Shown here one piece after another: positions 12,889 through 31,099 of a stretch of DNA of 64,000 nt; the stretch's first letter is position 1; the number at the start of each line of letters is the position of its first letter. Below the pieces are notes generated by a model. It searched no databases. It saw nothing but the letters and a program-made list of their open reading frames with translations, and was not told where the DNA came from. The position numbers and the translations under genes are program-made. Source of the stretch: the human T2T-CHM13v2.0 reference genome, Homo sapiens. The stretch is from the NCBI RefSeq assembly GCF_009914755.1, contig NC_060947.1; one strand, given 5' to 3'.

Positions 12889-13310
12889 ATGTCAGTGTCT
12901 GGCAAGAAAGAGTTTGATGTGAAACAGATCCTAAGGCTACGCTGGAGGTGGTTTAGTCATCCTTTTCAAGGTTCCACCAACACTGGAAGCTGTCTTCAGC
13001 AGGAAGGATATGAGCATAGAGGGACCCCGGTTCAGGGCAGGTTGAAGAGCCACTCTCGGGACAGAAACGGACTGAAGAAAAGCAACAGTCCTGTCCACCA
13101 CAATATACTGGCACCAGTGCCAGGACCGGCCCCTGCCCATCAGAGAGCCGTTCAGAATTTGCAGCAACATAATCTGATAGTACATTTTCAAGCAAATGAA
13201 GATACTCCTAAATCAGTTCCAGAGAAGAATTTATTCAAAGAAGCTTGTGAGAAACGCGCACAAGATTTGGAGATGATGGCTGATGACAATATAGAAGATT
13301 CTACAGCAAG
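12889..13310 (+). CDS. KLHL4: Kelch-like protein 4, first coding exon (N-terminal 140 codons + 2 nt, upstream of the BTB domain)
   Basis: [36 protein letters not shown]...[10 protein letters not shown] matches my recollection of the human KLHL4 N-terminus (paralog of KLHL1 MSGSGRKDFDVKHILRLRW). Ends at consensus donor CAAG|GTAAGA, phase 2. Confidence 0.95.
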
Positions 13311-16300
13311 GTAAGAGTTTTTGGTCGCATAACTGAATGCCGTAACTTCAGTTAACTTATCCTCTACAATTCATGTTTAGTGTTTAAATAGAAAGTGTCA
13401 TAATAATCTCTGAGTTTGTATTCAGCCAATCAGAGTCTCTCAGAAACCGTCTCCTCTAAGTTTATAAAAGAAAACAGCAATAATGAATACGTCTTTATAA
13501 TTACCGGAAATTTGGGGGGTGGGTTATGAGTTTACTTCTCCTATTTTCATTAAGAATTCTGTTTCAATTCTAAGAGATGTTTATTGTAATTACTAATGTT
13601 CTATAAATACACTCCGTGGCTCAGATGTTTAAATGCAATTCTTTGTGCAAGTGTTATGAATCACGGAGAACTCTTTCTGACATTGTGAGTTAGGCCAACT
13701 TTAACAAAATAAAAGCTGTGACTGATCAGCACATCCTTATCTGTTTCCTTAGTACATAGTTGCGATATTGACTCTTAAAACTGTGTTATCTTTATGTGAC
13801 AATATGGAATATTTGGCGTTCGGAGACTCATTTCAAGTTGTATTACTTTCATAGCTAGTTTTTGCAAGCATGAAAATATTCTACATAAAGCAGGTAATAA
13901 GATGCTACTTACAGCAATGTGATCTTAAAGCGGGAAATGGAGCATTTCAGCTTTTACATAAAATGAAAATTGAATAAACAGTGACGATATAGTGTAGTTT
14001 GGGTATAGTTCATAAAACATTTGATTTTGTCTTTACTTTTATGCCCACCGGTATTGTTTGAGTGCAAGAAAATTACATTCTGTTCTCTAATACTGTCAAC
14101 TATAACTTAACCTAGTGTATCCTTATCTCTTTGTTTTTTGCTTTTTCACTATCAGACATTTTTATAGTCCCAACGTGTTTTAGACACAGTTGATAATATT
14201 GGCAATGTAATTAATATTCAGTAGTACTATAGAAAAATAAGTGTTTTTATGCATTTTAGATCATATAGTAGTTCAACATGCTAATTTATTTGGAAACCTG
14301 GATATCTGGCATACTATGTCTCTACCTAAAAATAGAGAAGAAGGACTGGCAGATTTGCTTCTTAATATAAGTTTTCCCAATAAAACAACCTCACAGTGTC
14401 TTGCTTTCATAAATTCAAAACAGTTTATCAGAAGAAGAAGCAGCCTAATAACATTACAGCAAAATGATGCCTTTATAGGAACTCAGTCTTGTTGAAATAT
14501 AAACATGCAGAAGACTTTGTGAAATGACATTAATAATAATGTTAGATTGTCTGTCATATAAACTTCTCAGGAAATAAAGCACGTATGTGTGAAATTTTCC
14601 TAAATATTTTGTGCTTGCTCGTGGAAAAGCTATATAACTGTAGGGATTGCAGGTTGCATTTGGTACAACAAATAAGACTCTCAAAGTAATATAGAGTCCA
14701 TAATTTTAAATTCAGCAGGCTTTCAAATTTGTTCTCGTCACCAAGAACAATTTTTAAAAAACTGCTGAATTTGGAGATTAATAAATGAATTTAACTCTGC
14801 TGTAGGGAAATTTAAATTACCAACTGTAACTTTGGAACAAAATTATTTGAGAATACATGAATTAATTTTCTAGTATGGGAATATTTACAATAAAATAGAT
14901 GTTAGAAAAAATGTTAGGTAAAATGTCACATTTAAAGCGTCATCAAGTGACAGTTTAAAAAGCGCATTTATCCTTTGATTTTATTCCTGACATTTTTTAT
15001 TTTCTAAAGAAATGCCTTGTTAATTATTCTATGGTTTCATTGGAAAGCTAACGTTTTCTTAATATACATACAGGAAATGGTTTTATAGGTGTGCCAAGGA
15101 TATCTTAGGCAGGAGGGGCTAAATTGAAGATCTTATTAATTGAAATACGATGGTTTATTACCTTCTCCTTAACCATTCTAAATCTTCCTGTCTTGGTCCA
15201 GCATCATTTGAGAAGGAGCTTTCTGATGCCTTGCTTCTCCAGTGCCTCTCTTCTTGAGCAATATTGAGGAGCAGGAAGAAAAGATCCCAACAAGTTGGCA
15301 GCAGGCTGCCATCCCCTCAATATGACTCCAGTGGTTTTTTAAAAAAGAAAACAGTAGTGAGTGTGGAGAATTATCATACTAGCACAAGATGAGCTATGAC
15401 GCTCAGAGTAAAGTAAGGCTCTTTAAGCCATCCAGATTTCTACAAATATTATGGGGAATAAATAGAGAATGGACTAAATTGCAAACATACAATATAGCAG
15501 AATAAATCACAGTTAGTCCTGGAAGGGATATTAAAGCCAACATTGTTAAAGTTATGTTGACATGTTGGTTTGGAAAGTTAAAAATTCAAATGTATTCATA
15601 TGAAATTGAATTATAAATACATAGAGCATTTAGGAATAGCTCTGTATTGTGATCCCACACTGTGAGTATTCATATACCAGTATGCTGGTCATCAGAGACC
15701 TGTGCTCAATTATCATTTTACTTTTGTCCTAGTTATCAACTAACTCTGCATCTTTGCTTCCCTTTCCTTATTTCAACCATAGCATTCCAACAAAAAGAAC
15801 ACATATTTTAACATTGTATTATGATAATGCTTCCTATGTGACAGAGTATTTAATTATGAAATAATATATATAGGTATTTGCAATTGCTCATAAACATATT
15901 ATTGCATAAGTATACAGATGGATGTCACAGTGTTAACATGAAAAATCATGCTTACTGCATTTACTGAAAGAGATGTCGTGATTTCCTCTTTGTGTTCGAA
16001 GACATTGAATAAAGTGCAAATGAACCATTTATGGGCCAAGAACATGCCCCAGTACAAAATTGGACATTTACAGAGCTGTTTAATTCTAAGGAATTGTCAG
16101 GAATGGGGACCATGCCCTTATTTTACCTGTTGGGGTTTCAGGCTTTTGCACAACCTACCAACTGTACTGATATGTGACTTTAAATATTTTTGTCATCTGT
16201 GCACTGCCAGAAAAGACTCCATTCTTTCTTTACTAGAGCCCTTTCCAAGTTTCAAGTGAGGTTTGCCTAGAAAAAATGAGCAGATGTTATTGTATATGTT

Positions 16301-16344
16301 GCTATCCAAAAGAAAGTAGGATTGGATGAATAAGACTTAGAATT

Positions 16345-16710
16345 TATTAATAATTTATTCCACAAAGATTGAGCATTCATTGTGTTCCAGGCACTCTTCT
16401 AGATGTTAGGGATAAAACAGGATCAAAACAGAGAAATCTGTTTTCATTGAATCATTGAATATACATTCTAATGGGAAGAGAGAGGCAATAAAAACAAACC
16501 AAATTATAATATTTAGGTGATTATAAATAATATGAGAAAAATTAATTTGAAAGAATAGAGTGAAGTAGAGGGCACTCCTTCAGATAGAGAAGGCTTTTTG
16601 GATGAGGTAATATTTGAGTAGATATTTAAATGAAGTGAAAAGAAGACAGAATGTCTGACTCAAGAATTTGAAGCAAATGAGAGGGTACTTCTCCTGTGCC
16701 AAGGGAGTAC
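16345..16710 (-). mobile_element. L2 3' fragment
   Basis: tttattccacaaagattgagcattcattgtgttccaggcact...gaggtaatatttgagtagatatttaaatgaag. Confidence 0.7.
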
Positions 16711-17329
16711 TTAACCACCATATATGCTTTTCTATACAAATCAATGCCACATGTCCCCACAGAGTCCATTGATTAATGTTCAAAATATTCCTTAACCGGT
16801 GAACTAAAAATTATGTCCTGCCCTGTTATTCATTATAGTGATTTTAGGATCACATGTGTGGTCCATGACCACAGAGGTGACTTTCCAGCCATCCTGTAAC
16901 CATGTTGCTCTTTTGCCCTCTGGGGATATGGCTATTCAGCCAGCGTGGCACATGCCTCATACAGAGACCTCTGCCTTTTATGAAAACAGACACATGATAG
17001 TGTATTTGCCTTTTTTAACAAAACGATTCAGATAGGGTCAAATGTATTGTAGGTCTTCATCCTCAACACAAACCCATCTGTTTTATGAAATATGCTAGGG
17101 AAATACTCATGCATAAGAGAAATTGTAAGTCTAAAACAGTGAAACTTATTGTAAAATTATTTCCCATAAAGCAGAAAATGAGATATGTGGGTATCTGCAG
17201 GGAGTGCTTTCCAGGAAGAAATCAATTTCATGGGACCTGAGATGGGAGTGTGGTTGATAGTGTATCTGGAGAAGCACGCTCAACAGAGAGAGTGGTAGGA
17301 AATGACTTTGGAAAGGTAACAATAACAAA

Positions 17330-17430
17330 GCAATACTAATACAACATTAAAAATAAGAAGTACCTTTTGTTGATGCTTACTGTGTGCCAAGCATGGAGCA
17401 CTTTACATATATTTTCTCCTGCCCCCAAGG
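17330..17430 (-). mobile_element. MIR fragment
   Basis: ttgttgatgcttactgtgtgccaagca...ctttacatatatt. Confidence 0.5.
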
Positions 17431-18439
17431 AAAATCTTTGAATGTGAAGCTGATGCTCATATCTACAATTGGTATTTCTCCAGGCATTATATCTGTTAAT
17501 GTTGTTGCCTGTCTTCTTACGAGGTGAAAATAGTGTGATTTTCTGAAGTTCAGAACTAGGCCTGCTTCACTTAACTTTACACTGCATTATTCAGTAGAGA
17601 CTTTTATGTCAAATGAAGGAATGAGAAATGAACTACAATTATATAGTTATTTACAGAAAGGTTAAGGTTAAATCTTTTTGCCTATGGTTTAAAACACACC
17701 GCACAAAATTACATAAGTTATTCAATTGCTTTACTACATTTAGAACATTACGACAAAAAATTTAAATTTATTGCAATGATTCCTAACATTTTTAGAGATG
17801 AAAGCTTTGCTGGTTGATTGCAAATCCTTGCTACTCATTGCCTCAATCCTGAGAGTGTGGTACCATGGTCTTCATGTCTCATTCTTGACAGTACGGTATC
17901 ACGTATATAATTAAGTTAACATTCATTAAAATATATTTAATATTTCAAAATTTGGGGACTCTCATTTAAGGATCTTGGTGATACTTTGGAGACATATTCT
18001 TTTATGATTAAACATAGTTATTATTTCTGATATGTGAAAGACATCATTTAATTTTTGCATTTGGAAATAGAAATAAAGGCTTCAAAATGCATTGTATTAT
18101 ATAACATGTGATGTCAAGAGCAGCATATTAATTATATTGACGTGTTGCAAATTGCACAAATGTTCAGTCACTTTGTACTTTAAAGACTTTTTTGGAAACT
18201 TGTATGTCTTCTTTCTGACCCTTGCCCCTAATGCTAATCTTGTTGATGCCTTAAGACATTATAAGTCATATGACTTTATTAGTGAAAATAATTGCAGTGT
18301 TTTATACATATATGTACACGTATATGTATATGTATGTATTTGTACCAGTGTGAAATTATTTTATTTAAAGGAGAAAGAAAAACCGAAATCAAGGAGGAGC
18401 ACTGGGGAACACTGGATCCTCAGTTAAAAAACTTAAGTC

Positions 18440-19865
<1,426 letters not shown>

Positions 19866-21294
19866 AATGCAATATTTTAGCAAGGGTTATCTGCGTGAAT
19901 CAATTTCCTAAGTCAGCAATAAAGGACCATCCAATTGGGAAAACTGGGTATTGGTTGTTGTTTGTTTTGCTTGTTGGCAACTAGTTAACGTAATACTGAG
20001 TCAAAATCAATGGGCTGTTACTGTCTCTAATGCATAAATCCTACACATTAGAAACAAGATAATATCATAAAGGCAATCCTAAAGAAGTTAGCTAAAGTTC
20101 TGATAACATCTAGTAACTACATGCAGTATCAAATCTGACTAACATGATATTAATTGTGGCTATCATTCAGTGTATATCAATTTTAAGGCTGTAGCAACTA
20201 ATTAAATCACAGTTGGGTATAACAGAAAAACTTATTTTTTTATCACTGAGGATTCCACGAACACTAATGAAGTGGTATATATTTATTAGTATTTTCAAAT
20301 AAAAATATGGCCTGCTACTTTAAAATAATATTTACATTGCTGCGATTTATCTCTCAAAAGAAAAACAATGACAGATATAAGACAGTCTTTATTATATAAA
20401 AATTTTTATCATCTTCCTATGCTAAAAGAAAAATATAGTCATTAAGTATATCTTACTTACAGTGTTTCTATTCCATTTAGATAATCATTTCACCATGAAG
20501 AATGGAAAATTTTCAGCTATGGTGTTTGTTTGAGAAATAAGATTTTACAAGTAGACTAAAAATAACTATCTAAGAAAAGGTGACTAGAAGTGAGAAAACT
20601 TAAATCAAATCGTTTTCAGTTATCTGATGTTTTAGGATTAAATGAGCATCATTGAAATTTTGAACATTAACCATTACATAAAGGTTTACTCTGGAAACAC
20701 TATAACGTATGTATTTTCTAAATCAATACATATATATTATACTTACACTATCATTTGCACTGAAAGAGACCAAATATCAATGATCATATTTATTGAAACT
20801 ATCAGCAGTGAATTCATAGTTCTTTGTAACTTCTGGTTAACATTTCTTAGCTTATCACTATTAGTCACTATGACTCATCCCTTGCATGCTTTTAAATATT
20901 ACTGTACAGAATGTGTGTCTTGCCCTCCTCCCCACATTGTCTATTGCTCTTTCTTCATCAGCAGCCATACTAAATACCTTGCAATTTTCTCGGCACTTAT
21001 GTAACAGAAGCAATTGGTTCTTCATCAAGCCCTGGGTAGCTTACTAAAGGCAAGCTATCTATTACATTTCTTGTCTACCCTTTTCCTGTAAAACTAGACT
21101 GCTATCAGCACAGTGAGACTTAGGTGTCCTTTTCTGGTTAATGTTGATTACAGTACCTGTAACAAAACTGAAAACAACGCATGAGTAACAGACTGTCACA
21201 TAAAATTGTAAGCAACACAGCTACTTAATTTAGTCTGAAGTATGTTGCAACGTGCCAAAATTCAGTTGTTTAAGATGTTGGTTTTCTATTAATG

Positions 21295-21660
21295 TTTCCT
21301 CCATTCAAGAATTATTTATTGAGCCCTCATTTATGTGCATGATGGTTTCCTACTCATACAAATGAATAAAAAGGTAAATAATATGTGCTAATTTTCACCA
21401 GAGGCTTATGGCATAGTTGGAGAGATAAAGTGTATTCCCTTGAAAGGTTTCATGGCCGTAAAAAAGAAGTGCAATGTAAGAAAACTTTAAATTGCTTAGT
21501 CATTGAGCTCCATAGGCATTCAAAGAAAAGAAAGTCTTTCTGGCCAGAAAAATCTTGGAATGTTTCATGGAGGTGACATAATTTGAGATTAAGCTTGAGG
21601 AATGGACACATTTTAATACAACTATGGGAAATAATTAATTATAGGAAGAACGAAAAACCT
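21295..21660 (-). mobile_element. Degenerate L2 fragment
   Basis: cattcaagaattatttattgagcc...ggaggtgacataatttgagattaagcttgaggaatg. Confidence 0.5.
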
Positions 21661-22254
21661 TTCTATTGCCTTTCTAAGGAAAAAGGTAATGAAGCAGAGA
21701 AGTTTAATGTATACTCCAATGGAAGACTTCAGTTTTGTCGAAATGAAAGACATATATTGGAGAAGACTACAAAATGAGGAGACCAAAAAAGAAGGTCAGA
21801 GCTATATTATGGAGGCTCTTAAAAGACAAGATAGGGACTCTGGACATTTTCTTAGAAGTCAGAGCGTATTAATCCTCAAGAAATCTCTAAAATATATTGT
21901 GTGTGTGAATATTTTGAGGGAGAGGTTCCATTCACTTTCCTCAGGTTCTCAAAAAGTTCCATTTTACAAGAAAATTTAAGAGGTACTGTTGTAGACAATG
22001 AAGAATCAGTGAAAACTATAAAACTATGGAATGAAATAATGAAAACAATGGAAAAATTTATCATTGAAATTCCTGAACAAGAGACGAAAATAGTCTGCAA
22101 TTTTTAGTTAATGAGATTTTTGCAAGGAAGTTTTCCCAGGCAGTTAGAAACACCTCACTTTTATATATTTACACTAATTGTCATCTTGACATGGATTACC
22201 TAATCTACTATAAAAGATTCCAAGCTTTTGAGAACATTCTTAAAAATATAGTTC

Positions 22255-23700
22255 TGCAACCCTGTATCGTAAGCTGTTGCATCATAGCACCATCTTGAAA
22301 CTGGACTCACCATTACAGTGTGTCCTGCATTGGAGGCCAATAACCACTTATACTCTTTGTCCCTGAGACCTCATCATCATTCTATCACATTCACATGGGT
22401 GCCTGCAGCACCACAACCCTGGCTGCCAAGAGCCTGGGCCTGATGTTAAAACTAAGACCTAAGCAACCAAAGCCACGCGACACTCTCCTCCCTAGGAAAC
22501 AGTTGGACCTGCACAGCAGAGAATCTTCTGAACAACTTGCCAGCTTCCCACACCCGCACATATATGTGTGTGCCCATGCCCATCCTCATAGCCAGTTTAG
22601 TGGCTGTTCCAACCCCCTGGAGAGCTTTCCACCCCCACACATCCAGCATAAAAACCAGCCTGGTGTTTCCTTCCCAGCAAAACGGTGACACTGCCATCCC
22701 AGAGCTCCACAGCCTAGGCCACTGACATATATACCATATAAAAGTGACACCCTAGGATTCATCTGTAGGAAAGAAAGACTCTCTCTGGGAAAGCTACTCA
22801 CAAAATTGGAAAAAAAAAAAAAAACAATTGTTCTACTAGATGCACAGATACCAACCTGAGCACACAAGAAACACGAAAAAGCAAGGAAACATAATACATA
22901 CAAAGAAACATGATAAGTTTCCAGTAACAGATCACTGGAGAATGAAATTCTGTAACATCACAACCTTGGCTGCCAGGAGCCTACACCTGATGGTAAAACT
23001 AAGACCTAGGCATCCAAAGCCTAGAAAGAATAGAGAATGTAGAAATAATATTTACAAAATGCCTGAAAAAGAATTTAAAATAATGATTATAAGGAAACTC
23101 AACATGATACAAAAAAATTCAAACAAATGATTCAGAAAAATTAGGGAAACAATTTGTGATCTAAGTGAAAAATTCAACAAAGAGATAGATATAATGAAAA
23201 AGAATTAAGCAGAAATTTTGGAGCTGAAGAATTTCATAATGAAATAAAAATACAATTGTAAGCTTAATAATAGACTAGATTAAGCAGAAGAAAGTATTTC
23301 TGAACTCAAAGGCAAGCTTTTTGAAATAACTCAGTCAGAGAAAAAATAATAATAAAGGAGAATGAATAAAGCCTATGGGACTTACGAGACACCATTAAAT
23401 AAAGAAACTCACAGTTGCACAGTGTTCCAGGCTGTGCGCCATGGCTAATGCCTGTAATCCCAGCACTTTGGGAGGCCGAGGCAGGTGGATCACGAGGTCA
23501 AGAGATTGAGACCATCCTGGCCAACATGGTGAAACTCCGTCTCTACTAAAAGTATAAAAATTAGCTCAGCGTGGTGGCACGTGCCTGTAGTTCCAGCAAC
23601 TCGAGAGGCTGAGGCAGGGGAATCGCTTGAACCCAGGAGGCAGAGGTTGCAGTTGAGCCAAGATTGCGCCACTGCATTCCAGCCTGGTAACAAAGCGAGA

Positions 23701-23736
<36 letters not shown>

Positions 23737-24400
23737 TTCCAGGGAGAAGTAATGGAGAAAGTCACAGAAAACCTGTTTAACGAAGTAGCTAAACACTTTC
23801 CAAGTATGGCATCTTATCACGATCATCCAGATTCAGGAAGCTCAACTGTTTCCAATTATATTCAACCCAAATATATCCCCTCTGAGGCAGACTATAAACA
23901 ATCTGTCCAAAATCAAAGACAGAGAGAGAATTCTAAAAGCTACAAAAGGTAAGCACCAAATCACATTTAAGGGAATACTCATTGGACTTTCAGCAGATTT
24001 CTCAGTAGAAACTTTTCACGTCAGGAGAAAATGCAATTATATATTCAAAGTGATAAAAGGAAAAAAAAAAACCATTGTCTTTCACTAATCCCATATTCAG
24101 CAAAGCTAACCTTTACAAATGAAGAAACAGTAAAGACCTTCCTAAACAAAAGCGGAGGGAATTTATGACCATTAGACTGGCCTTATAAGAAATACTTGAG
24201 ACTACTGCAACTAGAAATCAAAAGATGATAATTACTATAACAAAAACAGGAAATTATGAAACTCACCAGTAAATATTAATTCATAATCCAACTCAAAATA
24301 CTCCAGGGCTATAATGGTACTCTGTGCATCATTCAATATTCTAGTGTAAAGGTTTAAAGTCAAAATGGTGAAAAAGAAGATTTAGGATTAGTGGCTAAGT
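22255..24400 (+). mobile_element. Old L1 (L1M1/L1M2-type) 5' UTR and ORF1 remnant
   Basis: ORF1-like translation (KMPEKEFKIMIIRKLN), coiled-coil region, RENSK/ILKA motifs; many stops. Confidence 0.75.
23430..23733 (+). mobile_element. AluSc-like element with 32-nt pure A tail
   Basis: ggatcacgaggtcaagagattgagaccatcctggccaacatgg; TSD agtgttccag/agagttccag. Confidence 0.93.
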
Positions 24401-24994
24401 AATACAGAAAAGTTTTAGTATACTCAAATTGAGTACATTTAATATAATGATTAATATTATACCTTAACTGGAAGAGAAAAGTATTCCTTTTGACAAAAAA
24501 ACCTAGTCATGAGAACAATCAGGAAAACTTTTCTGTAGTTCCCTAGGAGAGTATAGAGTCTTTAATCTTGATCTTTTATTATTAAATTCTCTATATGTGA
24601 GCCCTGCAGTGTAGACTGCATATGCTTCAGAAAGAAAATGTTTGTTTCCAGAACAGTCATGATACTGCAATATTGTGTTTTTCAAAAAATGGCTGGACAT
24701 AGCAGATAATCTCAGAGAAGATTTGGAGACATAAAACCATACTTTTTAAATTCCCTTTTTTGAATAAAGACCGTGTCAAATGTAAAAAATAAAATGTATC
24801 TTGATAAGACAATAAAGAGATTCATTTTCTTTGAGGATGTAATGTCCAGTTATAAAACATTTAGGTCAATATAATTTAAATGCCTTAATCCAGAGGCACT
24901 TAATGTTCCATGTTAATTAGGCAACTAGGATACTACATTAGAAATTTCAGCAAGTACTATAATCAAAGAATTATAGTAGCCAGCATAGTGTGAT

Positions 24995-28731
<3,737 letters not shown>

Positions 28732-29209
28732 TAAAACAAACACATAGCTTAGATCTTAAAACCTACTCAATTTTCTCATTGTTAGTAATGAACTTGCTTA
28801 TTTTCACCCCCAAAATTTGTCAGTAAAAACCTTCTATGAGGGAAAGGAATTCAAGAGCTTTCTGTAGAGCCACAATGAATGAATTAAACAAAAATCTGGG
28901 TATAGTCCAAGAATAGAGAACATTGAAACCAGGTTATTAAGTAAAGGGAATTTCAATTAGGAGTGATGATCAGTTTATCTAGTCAAGACCACAAAACCGG
29001 AAATAGGAGTCTGTGATAAACGTGACACAAAGAAGAAGAGTGGAAAACCAAGGTTAAATACTCAGCAGGAATAAAAGAAAACACGTTTGTTAAATGTATA
29101 AAGTTATAAAGGTTGTAACAGAGTAGAATAATGGGGGCAGTTCATTTTCAGAGACCCTAGTAAATGTAGCTACTCCTGGGACAATTCTCTTTCCTGACAT
29201 TGCTAAATA

Positions 29210-29390
29210 AGATCTTGGACTTCACTATGCCCAATAATTATGTAGGGAGCTCATTAAAAATGTAGTTATTCAGTATCCAGTATCACAGAATTTGACTTAT
29301 TGGTTTGGGGGTAGAACATAGGAATTTGAATTTTTAACAAACTTCTCAGGTAATATTGACTCAGGAACCAAACTTTAAAAAAAACACTTT
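29210..29390. mobile_element. MER5A-like MITE
   Basis: gggagctcattaaaaatgtag...ggaatttgaatttttaacaaacttctcaggtaat. Confidence 0.55.
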
Positions 29391-30678
29391 ATTAACTCCT
29401 GACAGCCCAGTTTATCAGGATTCTTACAGAAACCTAACGCTTGATATATTGATAATGGTAAATTTGAAAGAAAGAAATCTAAGACTTGAATCTGTGACTT
29501 ACAAGTTCCCTCATGTTGACCAGGCGGATGCTTAAAAACAATAGAGTCAACAGCATTAATGTAACCTCACACCCCTCCTACATGTTATGTGGAAGGATGG
29601 CAAAGAAACAGAAATGGAGGTCCTTCCCTGAAGGAGTTCATAATAAAGTTGGAATAAAAAATACAACCACTCATAAAAGCTTTAAGAGCAATTACAAAAC
29701 AGCAACTTGGCATGGATCACCTTGTGTTTAACAGTATGGAAGCTATTCAGGATAACTAAGATGGAAGTAAGGTTAATGATTCAAGACCTCTTAAGATGCA
29801 AACATAGAAAGTTTAATGCAAGAATAGAAGGTGGAAAATGAGATGAAAAATTAAGCCCTTCTTTACAAATTATGAATCTGATAAAGAGATTTAATATGTT
29901 AAATAATCACCTTTCAGAAGCACTTGTCGGATCTTAATAAAGTGGAGAAGAAAGTTTGATGGCACTTTGTATACTTCTTGCACCTGATCAAGATTTTCTT
30001 TTATTTCTATATGAAGTATTGTAGATACACTTGAACTTACCATAAATGATTAGAACAAGTACATATGCTATAATTTCACAGCTAGTACATATCTGAGGAT
30101 GAAGAAAATATTTGCTCTGAATTTTTTTCATCCTTTCTACTTCCATTGAATTGACCTTATAATAATTGCATATTTACAGATACATTAGCATTTTAGAAGT
30201 AGAAGGGACTTATAAAGAATGACCACACCTAATTAGTGGCAAAACTGGGACTATCAGACAAATTTCCTAATGCCTGGCTTCTCACAGCAGCATATTTTAC
30301 TTCTTCCTTCTGATAAAATTATGAATGTTCAATCATCACGATAGCTGAAGATACTAGAAAGTGCTTAGATTAGGCTGATCACAAAATTATTTGGAGTTAA
30401 ATATGTGATACAATTGTGACACTTTAAATCCTATAACTACCGTACCAAATTAGGACATTTTACAAACCTTAGTATCCTAAAAATAGTTAAATCATTTTAT
30501 TCCACTCTTTGCAGAAAATATCTAAAACATTCAGCCAACTCAGGAGCAACTATTATACTCTGTAAATTATCTATTAGCACCTGGGGGCTTCTCTATACTC
30601 TCAGTTCAACAGCAAGGCAACAGGGTCTCTGGTTGGGGATTCATCCGGTCTTTCAGCTTCTGTTCATTAGTTGTTTTG

Positions 30679-31099
30679 TGATATGGTTTGGATCTGTGTT
30701 TCTGCCCAAAGCTCGTGTCAAATTGTAATCTCCAATGCTGGGAGTGGGGCCTGGTGGGAGCTGATTGGATCATGGGGGTAGTTTCTTATGAATATTAATA
30801 GTTTAGCACCATCCTTTTGGTGCTGTTCTCATGATAGTGAGTGAGTCCTTGCAAGCTCTGGTTGATAAAAGTGTATAGCGCCTCCCCGTCTCTTTTGCTC
30901 CTTCTCCAACCATGTGCGGTGCCTACTCCTTCACCTGCCATGATTGTTAAGTTTTTTGAGGCCTCCCAGAAGCCAAGCAGATGCCAGGCTTATGCTTCTT
31001 GTACATCCTGCAGAACCATGAGCCAATTAAACCTCTTCTCTTTATAAATTACTGTGTCTCAGATACTTCTTTATAGCAATGCAAGAACGAACTAATACA
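30679..31099 (+). mobile_element. MSTA solo LTR (ERVL-MaLR)
   Basis: TGATATGGTTTGGATCTGTG...gaagccaagcagatgcc...aactaataCA. Confidence 0.88.

Noticed and set aside
12342-12922. Upstream ORFs (94 aa and 63 aa) as separate genes or uORFs
   Set aside because: No recognisable homology; the 63-aa ORF starts at GTG; whether either lies inside the transcript cannot be known without the TSS.
12937-13195. Antisense ORFs over KLHL4 exon 1, and an SCA8-like CTG/CAG repeat by analogy with KLHL1/ATXN8OS
   Set aside because: The ORFs are short shadows of the coding exon; no CTG/CAG tract is visible in the window.
30477-30486. Isolated exact MEF2 motif CTAAAAATAG
   Set aside because: Expected by chance in AT-rich DNA of this length, with no supporting context.
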